DNA of 64,000 nucleotides from Perkinsus olseni (Eukaryota): NCBI GenBank assembly GCA_013115125.1, contig JABANN010000042.1, positions 1 to 64,000 of the forward strand, read 5' to 3'. Shown piece by piece: positions 49,865 to 60,662 of this stretch (position 1 is its first letter; each line of letters starts with the position of its first letter). The notes under the pieces were generated by a model. It saw only the letters and a program-made list of their open reading frames with translations, ran no database searches and was not told where the DNA came from. The position numbers and the translations under genes were made by a program.

Positions 49865-51021
49865 TCGCCTGTGCATGAGTTGGTCCACTTCAACGATTTC
49901 TTGCGTTGCTTTCGGGCAGTGGTCGACTACGGCTGATCGAAGCGAGTGAAGTTCGGGAAGAGGAGGAATTTTTCGCTCCCGCGCAACGAAGAAGAGGTTT
50001 GATTGTGTGATGATAATCCATTGGAGCATCTTCCGCACAAATCAAGCTAGTGCAAATATTCAAGCGATGCTAGTGATTAGTGTATGGTGTTGGTTGTCTG
50101 ATGCTCACCAGACTTTGGCTGATTTTCGCGCCCTTCCCAGCCCACTTCCTCGATGTGGAGGTAGGACTAGAGTTTGTCTTCAACGATATTCCGAGGTAAG
50201 TCCGCAGAAAGGCTTGGATTGTATACAATGTCTGTCTACAGCGCCCACCGCCTTGTGGTTCGCTCCGCCTGGTAGATCATCGTGAGCTGCTCTTGTGTAA
50301 TAGCCTCTAACACAAGAGCAGCTCACGATGAGCTGCCCATAACTTATAGGCTGTTGTGAACAGTCTGTGACATATGGACCACACTAGTTTTGCTGTAGGC
50401 AACGCAGCCCGCTTTGCCCTAGCTACCTTGGCCAGTCAGCTACACCTATACATCCCCGTACGTCATTTGGAATTTCACGGGAGTGAATTCACACAGTGAT
50501 AAAAACACTAAGACAAGATTGGTTGAACAACAGTCGTACCTGTAGAATATTCAGCATAACATGGTGGTGGTTGTGATGATCATCGTATCGAATCACCTTC
50601 GTTTGCAAATTGCAATAAACAAGGCCCGTTCCGTTCGGAAGAGAGTCTCTCGAGGAGCCTCTCTACGGAAGTGACGTCTTTCGTCTCTTCAACCATCGCT
50701 TTCCAGCGACTTCTCCACTCTAGGGCGACGTAACAGATTCTGAGGATGCAATATCCTCTGAGAGGATATTGATAATAATGACGGTGAAGCTGGCAACGTC
50801 GATAGGCGACGGAAAGTGATGAAGCACAGCAGCAATCATCCCGCCTGCTTCGTACTATGAGGACCGACCCTACGTCACGTAAGGCACACGGTTAAGAAGC
50901 ATCTCGCTCCGGGTTACAAAATGAGCGAGAAGATGAAAACTAGTTCGTAGTGATAAGAAGAGTTGACGAGTAGGAGTAGCATAGAAAATTGCCTCCTATA
51001 GCATGGCCTTCAGAAAGCGTA

Positions 51022-51787
51022 TTAATAATACACATACCCCGTAACAATATCCGATAAACACTGAACGGTCGCAGTTCCCTTTCCTCTCAAGGCACATAGG
51101 CACCCTCGGCCCGGAAACTGGCAGCGAGCTGATAGCTATTGCCTCGCGCCTGTAGAATGAAGATATGCAGTTGAGTGGTGCAAAAGTTGCGACTAAAAGC
51201 TTCAGCTTTTGATTCCACGATAGGGGAGTGGAGCGAAAGTGCAAATGCATCAGCACGGCCTTCGGTGTAGTACCACGGGGTAGCAACATTCGCAGTCAAG
51301 GGGATGGCTTCCTTGAACTGAGCAAACACATGAGAAGCTATGCTCACTTGGTCACTCCGTCCTCATCAGTGGTGGTGATGTTGGGCGATCCCAGAGCCAA
51401 TCGCATGAAGACTTGGTCATTACCCACGCTGAGCTGAACTTGACCAGTACCACTCACGTTCACAGCTTGAGAGTTGGCACCGCCCTCTGGCAGGGACCAC
51501 TGCAATTCGAAGGTGCCAGATTCTCCTTTATCTGATCCAGGTAAATGCTGCGACTCGAGACGAATCCCAATAAACCGTGGTTTGACTCCTTGAGAGTTCA
51601 CTTCACCTGTCATGTAGAGGCAGGCACCATCGAGAGCCTCGAGTCTGCGGGTTTTTATGAAGCCGCTACCACCATAGCAACACGGGGGATAGTCACCTAT
51701 AACAGTGCGATCATCAGAAAGCACCATGACCGCAGTGTAGGTGAACAACACGATGCTGCAGTGGAGCCAGTTGGAACGAAGTCCCAT
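51022..51787 (-). pseudogene. Secreted 'D(H/Y)PPxC' family member 4, frameshifted
   Basis: MGLRSNWLHCSIVLFTYTAVM...GDYPPCC. The family sequence is split across three ORFs, with shifts near 51345 and 51090. Confidence 0.8.
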
Positions 51788-52429
51788 ATTCTGGATCGTT
51801 ATTTGATAACGACGAAGCAACTAGAATGAACAGAGAGATCTTACACATGCCGTCTGGCGAGGAAAAGATAGGGCATATGTTGATCGAAAGGCTCTCCACA
51901 ACAAACTCTTCTATTCGATGTGGGTGAAGGGAAAATATTCCTCGGCAGTTCAAACTGTTTTTGGCTACGCGATAATCGATCAAGTCCCAACTGGAATGGT
52001 AAATTCGCACGCATGAATTTAGCGTCACGAGTCATGGAAGGTGCAATATAGTGGCAACATAGTGACGGCTGTACGCTATGTAGCGCACAGCGCAATGTAG
52101 CGTACTATCCAGCTGTTAGACTATCATCGCGCAATTATCTACTACTGCGTATCGTTAGTCTCAGATAACCATCTGGCATCATTCTGCTTCTTGCACTCGC
52201 GTGCATGAGTATACGTGCTACACTAGGGTAGAACTTACGCTAGGCTAGATTACGCTATAGGACCTCGTTATCGAGCAACTCCTCTCGAGTCCCAGACTCG
52301 GAGTCCGTTAATACAATTCTTCGAACCCCGTCTCCAATAGTCACACTGCACTGAGTAACTCAGTGCGTAGTATAACTCAGTCTGAGTTATACTAGTGGGT
52401 TTACCCGCAGCCGGCTGCCTTTAAAAGCT

Positions 52430-54650
52430 GCGGTGTGCAGGTCGCTGCGTCCAAACGACTCGAAGGCAACACCCTGAGGCAGAGGGCTGCCGAACTAGCC
52501 GCTGGAAGGGGGGCGGCAGCGGCATCCTCGGCCAGCGGCAGAGCCGGGCAGGTCAGAGGAGAGGCCGTCGTGGATGAATGGGCGGCTCGAGTGGAAGCGT
52601 CGAAGAAGTAACTTTATTCCCGCTACCACCGTCCTCGACAGATTGTTTAGATCGACGAGGCAAGTGCGCAAACTGAGTGCCCATCTGAGGACAGTTGGTT
52701 TTCGACTACAACAGAATGAGAAGGCTGCCAAAGAGGAGCTCCTGGCCTCCGTGAGGTCCCTTCAAGGACATCTGTCACGGTTGGAGAAGTGTTTCGCTGA
52801 GCATCATCATGGCGGTGATGACTGGAGGTAGTCGCCTGTGCATGAGTTCGTCCACTTTCACATTTTCTCGTGTTGTTTTCCGGGAGTGAATTCACGCAAT
52901 AATAAAAACACGAAGACAAAATAGGTTGAACAACACTCTTCGCTGAAAAATATTCAGCGTAACATGTTGACCGGTTTGATCATCACTCTTCATCTATGTT
53001 GCAAATTGCAATCGCCAGGGCGCGTTCCTTTTGGAAAAGGCGGTTGAAGAGACGGAAGACGTCACTTCCGGACGGCTTCCCCACTCGCAATCGCCGCAAC
53101 ACTCTTAAAACGCAACATCCTCTGAGAAATGGCGAGAAAGCTGGCAGCTTCGATAGGCGATGAAGCACAGCAAAAGCCCCAACATCAACCTGACCACTTG
53201 ATACAATAAGGGTCGACCCTACGTCACGTTGAGTACACGGTCGAGAGAAACCTTGCTCCGAGTTTCAAAATGCGCAAGGAGATGAAAAAAAGCTCGTAGG
53301 GTTTGAAAAGTTTACAACTTGTGAAGTAGGGTACAAAATGGCTTTCTATCAGCATGGCCTTCACAAAAGGTATTAATACCACATTACGCCCTCAATAATC
53401 GGTCTGCCCATACCGAACTGCCGCTGTACCTCTTCCCTAGTCTCATAGGCACCCTCGGCCCAGAAACCGAGTTGGACCTGAAAGCCATTGTCAATCGTCT
53501 TTGCAATGTAAAAATCCTGCCCAGTGGAGTAAGCATTGGCACTAGAATCCGCAGCTTCTGATTTCACTTCAGAGGAGTGGAGCTCGAGTGAATGTGTAGA
53601 AGTAAGACCCTTGATGTGGTACGACGTAGTATAGACATACGCATTCTCGGGGGCAGAATCGTAGAAATGAGCGAGCAGATAAGAGTCCAAGCTCATAGCG
53701 CTCCATCCGTCATAACCAGTAGTGGTGATACGGGGCGACGTTAGAGTTAATCGCATGTAGACTTCGTCATCACCCAGGCTGAGCTGAACATAGCCAGTAC
53801 TATTAATGTTCGGCTTGGCATCGGGATCTGCCGCAGATCCCGATGCCAAGCCGCATTATAGGTGGCGCTGACGCCACCGAGGAAGAGGGCAGAACGTGCT
53901 TGCTGGGAAAGTGAGGGTTAAGGACAAACGCCTGGGAGGGACGAGGAGCCTTCGGGCTACCCTTCGCAGCAGATGACCGGTGATGTTATCATAATCCTGC
54001 CGCAGATAGCACCATCACCGCTGTGTAACCGAATAACACGATGCTGCGGTGGAGCCAGTTGAAGCGAAGTCCCATATTCTGGATGGTTATTTGATAACAA
54101 CGAAGCACCTAGGATGAATAGGGAGATCTTCCACATACCGCCTGGAAATTACAGACTGTGATCGAGGAAAGTACAGGGCAAAAGCTGCTCGATAAGCTCT
54201 CGACAACAGACACTTATAACCGATGTAAAGGAAAATATGTCTCGTCAGTTCAAATTGTTTCAAACTGTCTTGGCTGCGCAAAAATCGATAGAATCCCGAC
54301 CGGAATTACCAACCCGCACGCATGAACTCAGCGCCACGAGTCATGGAAGGTGCACTATAGTGAGAAGATAGTGGCGACTATACGCTACGTAGCATCCGGT
54401 GCAGTACTATTCAGCTGTTGGACTATCACCGCTGCAATTACCCTTAACCTACTACGCATCATTAGCCTCAGATAACCGCCGGACCTCATTTCTGAGCCTT
54501 GCACTCGCGTGCATGAGTGTACGTGCCACATTGAGCTGGAACTTACGCTAGGCTAGATTATGCTGCAGGCCTTCATTGAGGAGTAACTCCTCTCCAGTCC
54601 GTTTTCACAACTCTTTGAGTCCCGTCTCAAGTAGCCACCCTGTACTGCGT
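52430..54650. repeat. Tandem segmental duplicate B (PX-gene 3' end plus secreted-family gene and its upstream region), copy of ~49462-52340
   Basis: 52437-52860 is near-identical to 49469-49890; 52880-53370 resembles 50477-51020; 54010-54630 resembles 51720-52340. Confidence 0.9.
53373..54075 (-). pseudogene. Secreted 'D(H/Y)PPxC' family member 5, with its middle replaced by a fold-back and foreign filler
   Basis: Signal-peptide start at 54075 and C-terminal half 53373-53831 match member 4. 53832-~53970 is non-homologous. Confidence 0.8.
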
Positions 54651-54789
54651 TGTAGTGCACAAGTGAATTCAACTGAGAGCCTGTCATCGGACTTTTCACC
54701 GTAACACGATGACAGGTGGTAAGCGCACAGCACGCAGAGAGGAGACAAGACTGTTACGCTCCGTTCCTGTTGATGCGTGCAGAGTAGTG

Positions 54790-55835
54790 CCTCCTTGCAG
54801 GCGTGTCTGCTTGGTCATCCTCGAGGCCTCGACATCCTGGGCTCCCTCTTCGCTTCCCCTTTCCCCATCACCCGAGTGATCTGTGGTTTGATTCTTGCGA
54901 CCCTGGCCAGCGCTGAGAGGCTGTAAGCAGCTCCTTATGATGGAACTGCTGTAGTGATGGTGATGCTCAGAGATGACGTGACTCTGCTGAGGAAGATCGA
55001 CTCTGGTCTGTGGCAAGTTGCCACTGGCAACTGCTCACCGCCGACTCGGTGGCACCGAGCTGCTCCCTCCCGAGAGCCTCTCTACGTGGCTCGAGTGGCG
55101 CAGTGTTTGGGAGGGGCCTCCAGTCAAATCGTGAAGAGATTCATTTGGTGGGTGACTTACTCCTCATGTTGTTGTCAATCAGAGCAGCGCGTGGGTCCTC
55201 CTCCTCACTAGTGACCGACTTCTAGCTTTCTAAGACCCTCACTGGAGTGGCTGAGGGACTTGTCCTGCCGGTAGGCGTCCGCCGTAGCCCATCGATGCTA
55301 CGCTGGTGCATCAGTCGGACCCGACCATCAATGGCTTTGTGGCCCAGCTTCTACTGCGGTTCAAAGTGGACGGTATGCGGACGCCAGGGTGTTCCAAAAT
55401 GGCAATATATCTATTCTTATGTTTCTGATGAGTTGAGTGCCCCTCTGAACACAGTTGGTCTTCGACTACAACAGAACGAGAAGGTTGCACAAGAGGAGCT
55501 CCTGGCCTCCGTGAGGTCCCTTCAACTTGAAGGGCTTCAAGAATATCTCTCACGGTTAGAGAAGTGCTTATGACTGGAAGTAGTCGCCAGTGCATGAGCG
55601 TATCCACTTCCACGTTGTCTCGTGTTGTTTTCCCGGGAGTGAATTCATGCGGTCATAGTCTATGACTGCACAAATTGTTTCTATGACTCATAAAAACACG
55701 AAGACAAGATTGGTCGAACAACACTCTTCGCTGAAGAATATTCAGCATAACATGTTTGTGGCTGTGATGATCATCGGATCGATTCATCTATGTTTGCAAA
55801 TTGCAATCACCAAGGCCCGTTCCTTTCGGAAGAGC
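54790..55835 (+). pseudogene. Segmental duplicate C: internally deleted relic of the PX gene's middle and 3' end, plus 3' flank
   Basis: 54795-55390 resembles 47945-48590; 55430-55620 resembles 49705-49900; 55633-55835 resembles 50477-50645. Confidence 0.85.
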
Positions 55836-57366
55836 TTTTTTATGTGAAAGAACTTCGAATACTCCTTCACACCCGCCTTGCACTCCTCAAAGGCATCGGC
55901 ATACTCTCCTTTGGGCGCCGCTATGCCATCCACGTTACTTATATTCCTGACAACAGCAGCGTCGATGAGCGAACAGAACGCCTTGTGATTTACCCGATCA
56001 AGTGATTGGGAGGGCATCTCCACGCTAAGGGATGGACCTTATTCCCCAGCACTATGAACCATACTGTTTTGTACGATCCTCCGCTGGAGTATGATAATGA
56101 GCAATGAGGGTTCGGTTGACCGGCATAGTGGATGGGTGGGCTACCGTGTTTGAAGGGAGGCTCCACCTGAAAGAAAACGCCATCACCTCTAGGGGGACCA
56201 CCCGCCCCAATTGTCCTACCTTAACCTGCCCAAAGGCCCCGTTCACTTTCTGCCGAGTCAATCGTAGTGTTGATGTCCTAATGAGCAGCCAATAGGAGAG
56301 TAAAAGAATACGCATTGTGTTGTAACCGGTGCTGGATAGAAACAGTTGCAATGAGCACACAACCCAAGAGACCACTGACGACTACTAGAGCGTTCTATTG
56401 TAGCACAAGCCGGTGTTCCACCGCTGCATCGCGACCTTTAAAATTGCGCACACGCGGGTATTTTCGGGCGAGCGCTATTAGGGGTCCCGGCAGATTCTGC
56501 GGCGCAGAATGAGGGACTCGACTAAATTTGAGTAAGGGATCGGAAATCGCCGCGCCGTGGGATACTCATAGTCGATTACACTGTAGTTGTGGACTAGTCG
56601 CTGTATTCCCTCGTTCCCCTCACCACTTTTAACCTTTTGCTTTAGCGTTTCGATCATGTTTCACTGTGCGTACTGCATATTTTGGGGGTTGAGGGATGAT
56701 GCTGCCACTGGTTACTGCCCGTGAGTGCATTGGTCGTGGTAGGGGCGATACGCCAATAGGCGTGTAATGCCCCGGTAATAGGCGTCGCGTTGCGTTGCTG
56801 TGGGAGTCTGCCATCTAGCGCCTCAACGTGGCGTGGGAGTGATACTCATTCGGAGTATGCGAAGCTAGACCGACTATACCGAACTCGACGATCACCCAAC
56901 GGGTGGTGACCGAGTGACGGTAAAAATTCCCTCCTCCCCCCTTTCATCAATCTATGCCCCCTTCTCGTCTCTGCCCTGTCGATTTGCCACCACGTTTTCT
57001 ACCAAGGCTGTGGTGTTGTCCGAGCTGTGCATTGCTTGCATTGTGGTATTGCTCGACGATATTAGCGGAGTTGCGTTGCAAAAGCGGCGAAAATTGTTTT
57101 TGTGGAGCGGATTTGATGGCATTGATATGCACGCTTATTTTAGGGCCAAGCTAACGGTTGTTGCCTCTTTCCGTCGCTCCGGTAGGTGTCCGAACGATGT
57201 TGGAACGTGCCGGCAATTCTAAGTAGACGAACTCGTAACAAAACATGTACTTTACGATGACACCATAAGCTTATTTTCATTACTCTCATCATCATAGTTT
57301 GCATTCACATAAGAAGAAGAATCAGTTAACAACATTCTCGTCATTCAGTTCAGAGGATAATAGCGA

Positions 57367-58894
57367 CTAGCTCTCAGTGCTTCTCGCCTGACAACGGAAA
57401 CGACGCTCTCCCACCGCTGGGCTGAGGAAACTCACAACCGAAGCTAGATTGACCTGGACCCAGTGAGGGTCCCCCCTTCTCACCTTCCCCTGGCGTCTGA
57501 GCCTACTGAGCACCTCCTGGTCCCTCTTGGTCAGTGACAGAGTGATCTTAGCGGTTCCCAGAGACTTTTCACGACTCCCTTGCCTCCTCACACTCCTCAC
57601 AGCAACCCTCGCCTTAACTTTGCGCCCGCTGCCCTCCACGCTCTGTGGCTGTATCGACACGGTCACTTCAAATCCACCGTCAGTAGAGAGGGGGCCGTTC
57701 ACAGGGTCGAGTCGACCATCGTGTAATATCCATGCCACTATTGGCTTTCCAGCGTACTTTGACATTTCCAGCCTAGCAGCGTCAAGCGGATCGAATTGGA
57801 TCTCCGAGGCATCCACCTACAAGAGAGAACGGGCCAACCGTCTAAGGTCGTGACGAGGAGCCTTTGCTGACCTTAGGATCGAAGAGAGTCTCCGCAACTT
57901 CATCAGGGATGATCAACTCCACAGTCATCAATCCTCGCTTGACTGGGCTTCCCTTGCCCTTCAGGGGTTTCAGCATCATCTTGCCCGTCCATGTGTTTGC
58001 ACCGGTCTTGGCGAACGTGGTCGGTTTGAGAGACATTGAGGTGGATGGATCCTCGTGCCCTCTGATTTCGAGCTTGTAGTTGGACTTGATGGTCACTCCT
58101 TTGGGACCAGCCTTGCCCTCCATCCCCAGACGTTCCATGTCACTCTCTGTGAGAATCAACTTCGTTTCCTGCGAGAGACGAATAATGGCCCATCTTCAGA
58201 AACGATCAAACACGACAAAGTGGAAGGACCATCTATCTCCGCCCACATCGAAGCCCACCTCATTCGGGTTCTCTTCCTCCCTTTCATCTGAGCCTTCCTC
58301 GTCGTCGTCCAATCTGCCCTCAGAACCTTGTTTTCTCCACTCACCGACTAGGTTCCCGAACACTCTCGTGTAAGCCTTCTCAGTCTCCCCCTTCGAGAGC
58401 TCTTCGATGCTACCATCGAGCTTGATGGTAGCCCGAAGGCTCCTCGTCCCTCCCAGGCGTTTGTCCTTAACCCTCACTTTCCCAGCAAGCACGTTCTCAT
58501 CGGTCATCGTTAAACCCTTTGGGACGAGGCTCAGCCCCTTGAGCCCGCCATCAGTGAGACTGATACGATAATCAGGGCTGAGAGTCATCTCGTGACACCG
58601 GCCCCCCTCGAAGTTCGCCTGCGGGACGTCTTCCTCGAAACAAACTTCTCCCTGCAAACAAGTTAAGCGATCACCGGATGGGGGCCGGAGTAGCCTACAT
58701 AGAAACCGACGCCCCTGGCTAGCCCGAACAGGCCTGGTAAGATGAGGATGATGGGAAGCATTGATGGTAGAGGGAAGGAAGATCCTGCCGGAAGGGCGGG
58801 ACATGCAAGTGGCAGTGACCAACCTCGCTCCACTTCTCGATAGCACTGCCGTTGATGCAACCAAAAACAGCGACCATTCACTCATGAGGGACAT
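57367..58894 (-). CDS. Uncharacterised, probably secreted multi-exon protein, paralog A
   Basis: Hydrophobic N-terminus. Exon GEVCFEED...CHEMTL...GKVRVK...ATIKLDG...YTRVFG is homologous to paralog B. GT-AG introns link the ORFs. Confidence 0.6.
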
Positions 58895-58994
58895 CTTCTA
58901 TCAGCAGTTATGAGGATGGCTGCCGGGAAAGCGGCGAAATACGTGAGCATAGAGACCACCAAGTATCACTAAAAGAGGCAGTGGCCTTCAGAGA

Positions 58995-60530
58995 CTAATC
59001 AGAAGAGTTGAATATGTCGTTCTCCATAACAGTTTTAAGAGTCTCTCTGGCAGACGCGGGCTTAACGTCGAACCAGCCCATCACTTCCACAGACTCGCCC
59101 GATACTCCCATCAAGTGCATGTTCACGACAACGTAATGATTCTTGGCTACCATCCCCTCGAAGTTGATGACCTCGAGAGGCTCCCCGCTCAACGATACGG
59201 GCTCTCCGAAAGCCTCAGTTACTCCGAAGAGTGGGGTTCGAAGTCGTAACCCTTTTTTGGTGGATGAGAGGTGAAAGTGACGGCAAGAGTATTTATCAGT
59301 GTCTTTGATATCGATCTCGAGCTCTTCTTTCACTCTCTCGCTCAGATGCTTATTGTTCTTAACACATAGATTACCCTGACACAAACAGGACGTCATTTCA
59401 AACTCCTTCAGCGATCACTGCTGCTCCAACAGCGACGCTATTGAATTCCTCATCTGAGTCGGCTGATAACGAACTGGGAAACCGCCGCACTCGCTTGATG
59501 ATACTTTGATGATGCCTCTGAAGGGCTCCACTTGTGGCTTCTGCGCATCGACCTTAGATTCCTCAAACAGATTCTGCAGAGCTCCTCCCTGATAACATCA
59601 CGACGCTGACGGAAAGGCATGCGAACGATACGCCTTACGAGGTCATCCACATCCTCTTCCTCTGAGGGCCCTCCCTGGGGGACCTAAATAGAACCAAGTA
59701 CGGAACCCGGCCACGGTGGGCGGGACACCAGCACCTCCTCACACGATTCCTAGGTGGCAACCAGGCGTTCGCAGGGGCAAGTGATCGCAGTGTGTTGACT
59801 CTGTCTCACCTTCCACCCTTGAGCCACCTCCCCGAAGAGCTTCATGTACATGTCTTCATTCTCGCCTGCTAGAACCTCGTCGACTCTCCCCCTCAGCTTG
59901 ATGGTGGCCGGTATGGTGTTAGGCGGGCAGCAGGGGTTACCCTCACGCCCCTTCTTCTTTACTCGAACTTTGCCCTCAAAGACATTATTATCAACCATTT
60001 TGAGGTCCCTGCCGGTGAGGGAGAGCCCCACGTCGCTCGGCCATGCCGGCTCGCCGATGAGCTCGATGCGCTGGTCCCGACGGACCTTCATCTTATGACA
60101 GTGGACGGACTGCTCCGATGACAATGACGAGTACTCGAACACGCCTTTGAAGCTTCTCTCTTCCACCGAGTGCTTGAAGCAAACCTCACCCTGACAAAAA
60201 AGAGCTAAAACGAGGAGGACAGAGGGGGAGACATCGCGTCGCTGTGAGCCCTCCTTCCCTAGAACGGAGCCCGAAGAGGACCTCGAGGAATCTGTCGGGC
60301 CGCCTGAGGTTGGTAGTGGCTAGACCGACGGAGAGGCCGGCGAGAGGTGGTAGAAGACGCATAAGGATGGGGAGCAGTACCGTTACTGGGGATATAGCAA
60401 GTGACTCACAGGCGATGGAAACTACTCCGCCGTGGGTTCCGCAACACTATGCGGATCCTGGAGCCTGCCGATGAACCCCCATACGAAGCAGTCCAAAAGC
60501 TGCAAAGCCTCCAAAGGCATTGAATAACGG
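58995..60530 (-). CDS. Uncharacterised multi-exon protein, paralog B; 5' end uncertain
   Basis: GEVCFKHS...HCHKMKV...EGKVRVK...ATIKLRG...YMKLFG matches paralog A. Further coding exons run to 58995. Confidence 0.55.
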
Positions 60531-60662
60531 AGCAAGTACGATGATGAGGAACAGTGAGGGCGAGACGTAGTGTACTGGTGATAAGCTCCGTAACGCAGGT
60601 TCATCGGAACCATCAGGGCCCCATCGCGTAGCACTTATCTTCCCTATGCTGGTCACTCACTT

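Noticed and set aside
55784-56375. Short minus-strand ORFs as a gene
   Set aside because: No recognisable motif and an uncertain exon structure; the 3' part runs into duplicated flank.
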